The notes under the pieces are model-generated. The model was given only the letters and a program-made list of their open reading frames with translations, was not told the DNA's origin and did no database searches. Below are positions 48,760 to 60,763 of a DNA stretch of 64,000 nt, one piece after another. Source of the stretch: Malacoraja senta (lineage: Eukaryota); NCBI GenBank assembly GCA_038087875.1, contig CM075995.1:4342001-4406000 (forward strand). The letters run 5' to 3'. Each line of letters opens with the position of its first letter. Positions within the stretch are counted from its first letter, which is position 1. The position numbers and the translations under genes were made by a program.

Positions 48760-51508
48760 CAGGGCTCGAAATTAGCGGTTGCCCGGGTGCCCCTGACCAC
48801 TCAAAGCGCCGCTGGGCAACCTAAACACCGAGTCATTTTGCCCGGCTTGGGAACCAGATACTGGTTTGTACCGAAGATAGACACAAAAAACTGGAGTAAC
48901 TCCGCGGGTCAGGCAGCATCTCTGGAGAAAAGGAACGCGACGTGTTGTGTCGGTGACGGCTGTATTGCGGGGCAAATATACTAGGTGCGGGGTGAGGAAG
49001 GGTCGGAGCGAATGACGGGCCCCGAACAGTGGCAGCAGCGGCCGCGATAGCGGCACCATCTCGTCCTCCCTGATAGCGGTCGCTGCTTGTTTCAAAACAA
49101 ACCCTCCCGCACGCCGAGGCTGGGAGGAGGGAGGGAGGGAGGAGGAGGGAGGGGGAGGCCTCGGCGTGCGGGAGGGTTTGTTTTGAAACAAGCAGCGGCC
49201 GATATCAGGGAGGAGGAGGAGATGGAGCTGCTGTTCTGAAGCCTTCTGAAGCCCCACTCTCTCCCCCCTCTCACTCCTCCCCCCTCTCTCTCTCCTCCCC
49301 CCTCTCTCTCTCCTCCCCCCTCTCTCTCTCCTCCCCCCTCTCTCTCTCCTCCCCCCTCTCTCTCTCCTCCCCCCCTCCCCCCCTCTCTCTCCTCCCCCCC
49401 TCCCCCCCTCTCTCTCCTCCCCCCCTCCCCCCCTCCCCCCCTCTCTCTCCTCCCCCCCTCCCCCCCTCTCTCTCCCTCCCCCCCCTCTCTCCTCCCCCCT
49501 TGCTCTCTCCCCCCCCCTCTCTCCTCCCCCCCCCCTCTCTCCTCCCCCCCCCTCTCTCCTCCCCCCCTCCTCTCTCCTCCCCCCCTCCTCTCTCCTCCCC
49601 CCCTCTCCCCCCCCCTCTCTCTCCTCCCTGACATCCCCTGTGCTCCCCTTCCCATCACCCCCCCATCTATTCATCCGGCACTGATCACCCTATCCACCTC
49701 GCATTGATTCTCCTGCCCCCCCCCCAATCCATCCTCCACTGGTTCCCTAAATTCACCCCTGTACTTACCCCTTTCCCATCCATCCTGCACTTCTCCTCCA
49801 TCCATCCTGTCCTGATCCCCATCCATCCTATACTAATCCACGCATTCATCCCGTACTAACCCACCCTCCATTTACCCTGCACAGACCCTCTCCCCCTTCC
49901 CCTCATTCATCCTGTAGTGATTCCCCCATTTATCCTGCACAGACCCTCTGATCCACACTGTACTGACCCCCACCCCCATTCATCCTGCGCTGATCTCCCC
50001 CCCCCATCCATCCTGTACTGATCCTCCCATTCAAGAAGAATGGGGGGAACAGTCTGAAGACCTGAAATGTTGCCTATTTCCTTCGCTCCATAGATGCTGC
50101 CTCACCCACTGAGTTTCTCCAGCACTGAGTGTCTACCCCCATCCATCCTGTACTGAACCCCCCCATTCAACACCACTGACATCCCCCGTGCTCTCCCCTC
50201 AGAATTTTACCTACTCCAACCAACACGTACTAATTCACCTGCCTCAATCCATCCATTCTGCACCGACTGCCTTCTAATCCCCCCCCCCCCCCACCACACC
50301 CGCCATCTATCCACCCCGCACTGATTCACACACACCCCCCTCCCTGACCCTATTGTGCTGGAAATGTCTTCAGAGCGAACATTGACTATGTTTTTATAAC
50401 GGAATGCAATCAAATGTGTTTTAATTCCCAATGTTATTATTTGTTTTAATCCATAAAGATCGATTAATTAAATTGTGAACACGTGAAACATTAAAACCGC
50501 AGTGTTCGATTGTCACTGCTGCCGTTGACACGTTATTACATAATTCATTTTAACGGCAAATCCATGCTCTTAATATGGAGTATCAGTACTGTAGTTATTT
50601 AATGAGCAACATCCACAACTATACGTTGGATTTATCCAGGTTTTACTTCTACAGTCGGTCATATACATCACAAATTTGGTCAGGAGATATTTCAGTTGAA
50701 ATTTTAACGTTAATTCTGGTGGGAATGATGGAAACAGCGTTTATCAATAATTTTTTTTAAATCTGGTGCTTACAAACTGGGTATCTTCATTGCTGTTCAC
50801 AACACGTACATTTAATCTGAATGTCCATTAATGTGGCGTCTTGACACCTTTAAACATATTACCAAAAGAACATTTGCTGCAGTTATGTCCTTTGGCCATC
50901 TCTTGTCAGCTAGTGTAATGTTTAACCTGTCAGATGGGTATAGTTGGTTTTAACAGCTATTATCATAAAATGCCTGTAGAAATGTCCTTGCAACCTGTAT
51001 ATTTTGTTGTGGATAAATTATGTGCGAAGCGAGAGTGTTTCTGTACCAATAGCAATAACGACCCATGCTATGGCCATGTTATGGTAATTTTCGGTCCTTC
51101 ACAGAAAACATGCTTGCATCAATCAATCTGTAGTGTGCATGGTTAAGCATATATGTTACCATGGTCCAGGATTTATTGACACAGGTTGATCATATGCTGA
51201 ATAATCCAACCACATTGTTGTTTGGAAGTGGAAAGAACTAATAGAAATTGCATTAATTGCAATGTGTAAAAAGAGTTGAGACTCTGTCTTATAATTTTGC
51301 TGCATGTCATTGTGAAATATATCATGTCTTGATTGGTGAATATGTTTAGTTTGTGACTTTATTTGAAGCAGAAATAATATGTGAATGCTTCATTGAGTAT
51401 AATTCAGCCTGGTAACTACGCACTTCGTCGGAGCACATTATTGCACGCGTCGTGCAAGCCATCTTAAATGACCACCTAAACTGTCAGTTGGCAACCTAAA
51501 AAGCTGCC
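48760..51508 (+). mobile_element. Non-autonomous hAT-like DNA element, copy 1 (distal end deleted)
   Basis: Begins CAGGGCTCGAAATTAGCGGTTGCCCGG; colinear reverse complement of 60764-63992; repeated GGCAAC subterminal motifs. Confidence 0.75.
49255..49630. repeat. Polypyrimidine/polypurine low-complexity tract
   Basis: (CCCCCCTCTCTCTCTCCT)n-like units, almost purely C/T. Confidence 0.95.
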
Positions 51509-53351
51509 AAGGGCTCATGGGCTGGTGCAGGGAGCAAGGATTTAGATTTATAGACCACTGGGATCTCTTCTGGGGTAGGGGTGACCTGTACAAAAGGGAC
51601 AGGTTACACCTTAACTGGAGGGTGACCGACATTCTGGCAGGCAGGTTTGCTAGGGCTACACGTGTGGGTTTAAACTAAATAGTGGGGGGGAGGGATTGAC
51701 AAATTGGGAGTATAAAGATGGAGTTGAAGGGGAAGTGACTACAGGAAATATTACAAAAGATTCTTGATTTAATGGGAAGGAAAGCTCGAGAAGGGACAAC
51801 AGCGTAAGGTCAGGGCCAATTGCGAGCGGTGCGAGGGGGGAAGTGAATACAGAGGTCAAAGTGCTGTATATGAATGCGCGAAGTATAAGGAATAAAGTGG
51901 ACGAGCTTGAGGCTCAGTTAGAAACTGGCAAGTATGATGTTGTGGGAATTACTGAGACATGGCTGCAAGAGGGCCAGGGAACTGAATAATCAAGGATATA
52001 TACAGGGGGGCAGAGGGGGTGGGGTTGCCCTGTTGGTGAGGAATGAAATTCAGTCCCTTGCAAGGGGTGACATTGAAACAGGAGATGTGGAGTCAGTATG
52101 GATAGAACTAAGGAATTGTAAGGGAAAAAAACCCTAATGGGACTAATCTACAGGCCCCCAAACAGTAGGTTGGACATAGGGCGCAAGAATCAGGAGTTAA
52201 AATTGGCATGTAGCAAAAGTATTGCAGTGGTTTTTATGGGAGATTTCAACATGCAGGTAGACTGGGAAAATCAGGTTGGTACTGAACCCCAAGAAAGGGA
52301 CTTTGTAGAGTGCCTTTATGACGGGTTCTTAGAACAGCTTGTATTGGAGCCTACCAGGGAGAAGGCAATTCTGGATTTAGAGTTATGTAATGAACCGGAT
52401 TTGATAAAAGACCTCGAGGTTAATGAGTCATTAGGAGGCAGGTTTAATCTACAATTGGAGAGGGAGAAGGATGGATTGGAGGTGTCAGTGTCGCAGTTGA
52501 CTAAAGGGGACTATGGGGCCATGAGGGAGGAGCTGGCCAAAGTTGACTGGAAAGATACACTAGCAGGGATGAAAGTGGAACAAAAATGGCAGGTGTTTCT
52601 AGGAATAATACAGAAGGTGCAGGATCAGTTCATTCCTAGGAGGAAGAAAGATTCCAAGGGGCGAAAGGGACGACCATGGCTGACAAGGGACGTCAGGGAC
52701 AGTATAAAAATTAAAGCGAAGATGTACAACGTAGTAAAGATGAGCGGGAAGCAAGAGAATTGGGTAATGTTTAAAGAACAACAGAAGATAACCAAAAAGA
52801 CAATACGGGAAGAAAAGATGAGGTACGAAGGTAAGCTAGCCAAGAATATAAAGCAGGATGGTAAAAGCTTCTTTCAGTATGTGAAGGGAAAAAAATTAGT
52901 TAAGACCAAAGATGGACCCGTGAAGACCGAAAAATGTGAATTTATTATGGGGAACAAGGAAATGGCAGATGAGTTGAACAGATACTTTGGATCTATCTTC
53001 ACTAAGGAGGACACAAACAATCTTCCTGATATAGTAGTGGCCAGAGGATCTGGGGACGGAGGAACTGAAGGAAATCCACATTAGGCAGGAAATGGTGTTG
53101 GATAGACTGATGGGACTGAAGGCTGATAAATCCCCAGGGCCTGATGGTCTGCATCCCAGGGTACTTAAGGAAGTGGCTCCAGAAATTGTGGATGCATTGT
53201 TGATGTTCCAATGTTCTATCGACCCAGGATGTAGGCTAATGTTATCCCACTTTTTAAGAAAGGCGGAAGAGAGAAAACAGGGAATTATAGACCAGTTAGC
53301 CTGACATCGGTGGTGGGGAAGATGCTGGAGTCAGTTATAAAAGATGAGATA

Positions 53352-56300
53352 TCTCCATGACTTCCGGTGGCGCCATAGAGCAGTATGTGGTGCTGCATTT
53401 AGCTCCGCTCCCGAAAAATCCTGTAAAAAGCTAAAAAGCCTGTAAAAGAAAAAGGGACGATTCAAAAACATTCACCAGGGATGCCTGACGTCGCGTAAGT
53501 GACGTAATCAGAAATCGCCGCAAACTAACGGGGATACCCGCACATTTAAATGCCAAAACGGTATTTACCTAAATGACCCCTGACAAGATCTTTAACCAGA
53601 CTCACTCAAGAGTTGGAAACACCTCAAACAACTCCAGAAGGATCTGGAGTTGTTTCAAAATGTTGAAGCTTTTCAAAATAAAAAGAATAGGACTGAACAA
53701 TTGCAACTAGAAGAACAGATTAGACAACTTGATTTAGAAAACGTGAAAGATCCAACTATAGATAAACACAACAAGATAGCAATATTGAAATTTAAACTAA
53801 ACCATATTTTATCTGCAAGAGTTATTAAATTATTTCAAATTACAAAACAGGAAAATTTCAAATTTGGCGACAAGCCACACAAACTTTTGGCACGTCAGTT
53901 GAAAAAAGTGGCAAAGGATCAGACTATTCTAGAAATCAAATCAGATAAAGGTGAATTGTTAATGCTGCCCAAAGACATTAACGGAAGATTTGCCCAATTT
54001 TATCAAAATTTATATACATCCAAAACATCGACAGCAATAAAATTACAAACTTTCTGGACAACTGTAATCTTCCAACACTTAACCCGCTGGAAAAAGAGGA
54101 ATTAGGAGGACAGGTTTCAATCAAAGAAATAGAAGAGACAATAAATTCACTGAAGAACGGTAAAACACCGGGACCAGACGGGTCCAGTAATGAATTTTAT
54201 AAAAGATTTCACGAGGTAATTTCTCCACGTTTACACAAGCTTTATACATATGCATTTAAAGAATAGACATTACCACAAACACTAGCTGAATCAACTATCA
54301 CACTTATACCCAAAAAAGATAAAGATCTAGAAGACCCCGGTTCATATAGAGCAATTGCCCTGCTAAATACAGATCATAAAATATTAGCGAAAACTTTGGC
54401 AAGAAGATTAAGCAAATACATTAATAAATTAATACATTCGGATCAAATGGGGTTCATATATTAATTTAATAATTTGAGACGTCTTTTTAATATAATGTAC
54501 CCACACAAAATTGAAGAAGATGACATCAATTATTTCATTAGATGCAGAAAAAGCATTTAACCAAGTAGAATGGAAATACCTTTTCACAGTACTACAAAAA
54601 TATCAGATGGGAGAGAATTTTATTTCATGGATAAAATTACTATATGATAGGCCGACTGCCAGAGTACTGACCAACCACATACTTTCTCCGAAATTTCAAC
54701 TATCCAGGAGCAATAGACAGAGTTGTGCATTATCACCCCTGTTATTTGCCCTTGCGATTGAACCCTTAGCGGAAAGTATAAGAATACATTCGAACATCCA
54801 CGGCTATAATACTAAACATTCCAATAATAAAATATCATATGCAGATGATGTATTATTATACATCACCAATTCTCAAGTTAGTATTCCAAATATATTAAAT
54901 CTTATAGAGGAATTCGGTTCCTTCTCAGGATATAGAATAAACTGGAACAAAAGTGAAATTATGACAATAAAACCGCAAGAACCGACACACCTTTTAAAAT
55001 TCCCTTTTAGAATTGCTACAGAAAAATTTAAATATCTGGGTATCCAAGTAAACAGAAAATATAATTTGTTAATCAATGTAAACTTTCTGCCTTTAGTTAC
55101 TAAATTAAACGCTCTTATTCAATTCTGGAAAACACTTCTGATGTCTCTAATAGGCAGAATAAATGCCATAAAAATGATTTTCCTCCCACAAATTCTCTAT
55201 TTATTTCAATCAATACCGATATATCTACCTACATTTTTTTTTAAATCTTGATTCCCGGATTACAAACTTTATTTGGGATTATAAATCACATAGAATTCAT
55301 AAACGACATCTATGTAAACCAAAAGAAATGGGCGGATTGGCGCTCCCCAATTTCTTATACTACTATTGGGCAGCGAATATTAATAATGTAATTTGCTGGT
55401 TGGATAACGCATGCCAACATGCCAATAACGACTGGTTAGTAATGGAGTGAGAGGATTGCTTGCCTTTTAATATAGGTGCGATCCTTCTCTCACCAATAAA
55501 GTTGAAGAACACAATATATGAGAAAAATCTGATTATTCACAGCACTTTACGAATTTGGAGACAAGTAAAATCTACTTTTAAACTAAGAAATCTATCTCTT
55601 CTTTCACCAATAGCTAATAACCCGTTGTTCAAGCCATCTATAATAGATAAAACATTTATTTATTGGGAAAGACTAGGAATTAAAAAGGTTGGAGATTTGT
55701 ACGAGATGGGAAACCTCCTATCATTCCAGAAATTACAGTCGAAATACAATCTGAAAGGTAATCAATATTTTAGATATCTTCAAATTCGAGATTATTTGAA
55801 AGCATATACCCACGATTATCAAACTCTGCTGCCAGATATATTAGACGAAGGTATGAATAGAAACTCTGACACAAACAATCTAATATCATACTTGTACAAT
55901 ATCCTTCTAAATATAGAAATCCCATCGTCAGATGTAATTAGAAGAGAATGGGAAAATCTCCAAAGACAGATGGGAAAAATATCTCTTATATATACATCAT
56001 TATTCGATTCATGTTAGACACATTTTAATCTAATTCAAAATACTCCACAGACTCTACTACTCAAAAACTAAACTGAATAAGATTTTTTCAAATGTATCTC
56101 CTATTTGCGACAAATGTCTCTGTCAAGAAGCAACTATAACACACTCCTTTGCCTCTTGCATAAAACTCCATAACTTTTGGAAAGAAATCTTTGAAATTTT
56201 CTCAAAATTATTTTTAAAAAACTGGACCCCCATATAGAACTGATTATTTTCGGAACAGCAGGAGCCTGCTGTGAGCTATCAATATTTCAAAGACGTTTCC

Positions 56301-58112
56301 TTAATTATGGCCTTAATTATGGCGAAAAAACGTATACTTAAATTTTGGAAAAATACATTAGAAGGGCCAAAAGGGGCTGTGAAATAACTGTGAAATAACA
56401 TTGGCGAGTCAGATTAGAGAGAATCCCAAGGCTTTTTATAAGTACATAAGTACAAGAGGTAATCAAGGTCCGTTCAATAATAAAGGAGGGAATTTATGCT
56501 TGGCCACAGAGGACTTGGAAGAGAGTTAAGAGTCAAGAGTGTTTTATACAGTCATAAATTTTGGAAAAATACATTTCCCCACATTTCCCCCAACTCTTAA
56601 AATGTGGATTACAAACATGTCTGCGACGCTACATCTTAGAGATTAGAGATTAGAGATTCCTTTATTTGTCATTCAGACCTTTCGGTCTGAATGAAATTTC
56701 GTTGCCTGCAGTCATACATATAATAATAAATGACAAAACACACAATAAACACAAATTAACATCCACCACAGTGAGTTCACCAGGTACCTCCTCACTGTGA
56801 TGGAGGCAAAAGTCTTAAAGTCTCTGTCTCTTCCCGCTTTCTTCTCCCTCTGCGCTGAGGCGATCCAGGCTTCTGATGCTGTGGCCCCGCCGGGCGACGG
56901 TAAGCCAGTCCAGCGGCCGAATCCATGCTCCGCGACGGGCCGGCTCAAACTCCGCGGCCCGGGGTGGTCGAAGCTGCCGAAGCTGCCGAAGCTGCCGCCC
57001 TCCAGTCCAGCGGACGCAGCTGTAGTTGCGGGAGCCCCAGAAAAACAGGTCACCAACCTGTGACCTGCGCGCTCCCGACGATGTCGTCCACCGAGCCTCC
57101 GGATTCAGGTCGCCACCGCCAGAACGCCACCGCAGCTCCGAAGCCGGCCAGCCTCGCGCTCCCGAAGATGTCGTCCACTGGGCCAGCTGCGGCCGAGCCT
57201 CCGGACTCAGGTCGCCACCAGTGTCCTCGGTCGCCACCGCCGGAACGCCACCGCAGCCCCGAAGTTGGCCAGCCTCGCGCTGGTAAGTCCTGGCTCTGCC
57301 TCCGGAGCCTCGAGGTCGGTCGGTCGCTCGCAGTTGGAGTTGGAGGCCGGCAGCTCGCAGTTGGAGTTGGAGGCCGGCAGCTCCGCCATTTTGGCCTCAG
57401 CGCAGACGGAGGCAGAGAAGGGGGACACGACAAGAAAAAGTCGCATTCCCCCGAAGGAAGAGACAAAAGTCATGTTTCACCCCCCCACCCCACACATACA
57501 CAACCCAATAAACTAAAATTTAACTGAAACAGGACAAAAGAAAACAACAAAAAAAGTAAAAACAGACGGACTGCAGGCGAGCCGCTGCTGTACGACAGCG
57601 CCGCCACTTCCGGAACAATATCTTGAAGATATGAGACTTGTCTTAGCAGAAAAATCAGAGCAATTTTCAAAGATATGGTCTCCTTTCATTGATTCATTAC
57701 AAGGATAGTATGGTGCAACACAACTTTGGAATTAAACCGAATTACGGACTGGGTGATGGGTGTGGTGAGAAATGAAGCAGGTATATCAACACTTTTGGGG
57801 GGGGGGTTTCTGGGTTTTTCCCTTTTTTTCGTTTTTGTCTTTTTATTTTTTTTTAAGTTTTTACTTACTCACTCTTTGATTACACTCATTTGGTAGCTTA
57901 GGGGTTCTATTCTTACACATTCACTTTCTTTTTCACTTTCTTTCTGTCTTGCTCTTTTTCTCTTTTTCTATTTCATCTTTGTTAAAAGTAAATGGAAGCT
58001 GTACAATAAATGTATTATGTCATATGCCGCATTTATACTTTTGTACACTGCTTCTAATAAAAATAAAAATAAATAAAAATAAACAATAATTTTTTTTTTT
58101 TAATAAAAAAAA
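53352..58112 (+). mobile_element. L1-clade LINE with 5' end and poly(A) tail, but lacking ORF1 and endonuclease
   Basis: 13-bp TSD AAAAGATGAGATA (53339-53351, 58113-58125); 5' GACTTCCGGTGGCGCC; ORF2 remnants FGDKPHKLLARQLK, ISLDAEKAFNQVEW, SYADDV, FSGYRINWNKS, GGLALPN and a C-terminal Cys/His motif; AATAAA and A-tail. Confidence 0.9.
56638..57620 (-). mobile_element. GC-rich non-autonomous retroposon nested in the L1
   Basis: Flanked by ATCTT duplication (removing it restores L1 LHLEDMR); (AATCTCT)n tail; 5' TTCCGGAAGTGGCGGCGC; internal tandem duplications. Confidence 0.65.
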
Positions 58113-58622
58113 AAAAGATGAGATAGCCGAACATTTAGATAGCAGTAACAGGATCGGTCCGAGTCAGCATGGATTTACGAAGGGGAAATCATGCTTGACT
58201 AATCTTCTGGAATTTTTTGAAGATGTAACTAGGAAAATGGACAAGGGAGAGCCAGTGGATGTGGTGTACCTGGACTTTCAGAAAGCATTTGATAAGGTCC
58301 CACATAGGAGATTAGTGGGCAAAATTAGGGCACATGGTATTGGGGGCAGAGTGCTGACATGGATAGAGAAGTGGTTGGCAGACAGGAAACAAAGAGTAGG
58401 GATTAACGGGTCCCTTTCAGAATGGCAGGCAGTGACTAGTGGGATACCACAAGGCTCGGTGCTGGGACAGCAGCTATTTACAATATTCATCAATGATTTT
58501 GATGAAGGGATTCAAAGTAACAGTTCAGATTCCCTCATCAGCTCAATGGATTTGGTAAAAATCCTGAAAAATCAGATAGTGTGCTAAGGAATTGTTTTCC
58601 AAGCTTTCTCATTGTTTGTTTA

Positions 58623-59055
58623 AGGGCCTGTTCCACTTGGACAATTTTTTAGGCAACTAGGCTGTCGCCACATGGTCGCCAATGGTCGCCTTGGTGTCGC
58701 CTGTATGGTCGTGAGTGTATAGTCTCCTAAAGTCGGCCAAAGGGTCGTAGCGTCTTTCAAGTCGCCGCTGGATTTTCAACATGTTGAAAAATTTTCGGCG
58801 ACATTGCCGACCGTGGGATGGGCGCCAATGAGTGTAGCTTGACGTAATTGCTGTCATAGGTTGTCACCAGGTTAGCGTAGGTTGTCGCCAGGATGTCGTA
58901 GGTTGTCGCCGGTGCTGACTTTGGTGAATTCCATTGTCGTATTCGCCGGCAGTCGCCTAAAAAATCGCCTAACGTCACCGGTTTTTCGGCGACCTCCTAC
59001 GACTATGACAGACGCCAGCAGTCGCCTAAAAATCGCATCAGTGGGACAGGCCCAT
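58623..59055. mobile_element. PIF/Harbinger-like MITE
   Basis: Ends GGGCCTGTTCCAC ... GTGGGACAGGCCC; many GTCGCC repeats; related to 42392-42587. Confidence 0.7.
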
Positions 59056-59175
59056 TTTTTTCCAGATGTCTGGCTAATTGATTGAACTGAAGATAGACAT
59101 AAAATTCTGGAGTATCTCAGTGGGACAGACAGCATCTCTGGAGAGAAGGAAGGAGTGATATTTCGGGTCGAAATA

Positions 59176-59910
59176 TTAATCATAATCATAATAATTATTA
59201 TCATAATCATACTTTATTAGCCAAGTATGTTTTGCAACATACAAGGATTTGATTTGCCATACAGTCATACCAATAAAAAGCAACAAGACACACAAAATAA
59301 ATTTTAACATAAACATCCTCCACATTCCTCACTGTGATGGAAGGCAAGAAAAAGTTCAACCTCTTCCCTTCTTTGTTCTCCCGTGGTCGGGGACCTCGAG
59401 CCTTCCGTTGATGGGACGATCTTGGCTTCCATCACCAGTGGACGGGCCCTCCGCGTCAGGGCGATGAAGCTCTTGCATTGGGGAGAAGTCATCTCCCCGC
59501 GCCGGGCAATCGACCCCGAGTTCGGACTAGTTGAACCTCCTGCGATTTTGGAGCTTCCCGACATCTGTCTCTAAACCGATACTGCGACCTCCTCGATGGT
59601 GAAATCCCAGGCATGGGATCGGTAAGTCCACGGCCCCGCAGTGGGGCTCAAAATCAGTCCCGAGCAAGGCCGCCAGCTCCACGATGTCAGGCCGCAGAGC
59701 AACCGGAGATACGATCCGGAATGTAATCGCATCTCCAGCAAGGTAAGAGATTGAAAATAAGTTTCCCCTGACCCCCTCCCCCACCCACCACATAAAACAA
59801 ACCAGAGAACATTAACACAAACTTTTAAAAGCACTAAAAATAATAAAAAGGACGAAAAGACAGGCAGACCATTGGCGAGGCTGCCATCGCTGACGGCGCC
59901 ACTCAGTGGA
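59176..59910 (-). mobile_element. Non-autonomous retroposon related in design to 56638-57620
   Basis: (ATGATT)n tail; shared CCTCACTGTGATGGA motif; similar GGCGCC-containing 5' end and A-rich leader. Confidence 0.6.
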
Positions 59911-60384
59911 AAAAGACCTTCAGACCTTTTTCAGTTCCTTCCTATTCATAATTGATTGAACTGTTTATGCAAAAATCATGCTGGGCATTGTAGTCTTGCA
60001 GTTACTTAAAAATACAATCCTCTTACAAAACCTTACCTTTCTTTCAGTAAGTTAACACAGATGGTTTGTAAGTTCACAAGTTGTAGGAGTAGAATTAGGC
60101 CATTCGGCCCATCGAGTCTACTCCGCCATTTAATCATGGCTGATCTCTGCCTCCTAATCCCATTTTCCTGCCTTATAATTGACACCAAGTGTTGTTATGA
60201 AACACCTCAGGGAAATAACTTATTCTCTCTGACGCATCCTATCACCATTTAATCCATTACTTAAATAGCAAAACATATTAGGAAACCAAGCAACAAATCA
60301 ACTCAAGCAGTGGATATGCATGGAATGTAGAACACGTGACTTCCTTTATCACTTAAGCCTTTCCGGTAATACCATATGATTTTG

Positions 60385-60744
60385 GTAGTCCAGCCCACCT
60401 GGACTGGCTCGCTCAGGTCCAAATGCGAATTAGGCTTTACACGAGCCACCAACACGGTCTCTTGCTGACCCCCCCCATCTCCAATACAAAAGTCATTGGC
60501 CCGTGCCGTAGCAACCGAAAAGGACCTTCATATGGGCGCTGTAAGGGCGACCTGTGGGCGTCGCGGCGGAGGAAGACATACTGACTGTCTGCAAGAGCCG
60601 GCGGCACATGCGATGGGGCGACACCATTCCGAGACGTTGGGACAGAAGAAAGGGCGCCGACCATCTCCCGCAGACAGACCAACATGAATGACGGCGACTC
60701 CTGGGGGCCGCCAGCGGTTCGGATAAACACCCTGGGCACGGTTA
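60385..60744 (-). mobile_element. Ty3/Gypsy integrase C-terminal fragment
   Basis: ORF 60437-60739 ...YVFLRRDAHRSPLQRPYEGPFRLL (GPY/F motif). Confidence 0.8.
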
Positions 60745-60763
60745 CAGGGCTCTCACTTGGTTA

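Larger units (their letters stand above)
48010..58521 (+). mobile_element. 5'-intact CR1 LINE (ORF1 zinc finger/leucine zipper/SGNH esterase plus ORF2), broken by nested insertions
   Basis: CEACRMW...CYNCGKC...LKDRVGSLEKQLDDL (48345-48490); esterase end WCREQGFRFIDHWDLFWGRGDLYKRDRLHLN (~51520-51615); APE (YMNARS, YRPP, MGDFN) from ~51860; RT resumes at 58126 after the L1. Confidence 0.85.

Noticed and set aside
48772..49674. 300-aa and 188-aa G/E/R-rich ORFs
   Set aside because: Artefact of translating the C/T low-complexity tract.
56712..57670. Cluster of overlapping 90-200-aa ORFs
   Set aside because: GC-rich, internally repeated retroposon that is open in many frames; no recognisable domain.
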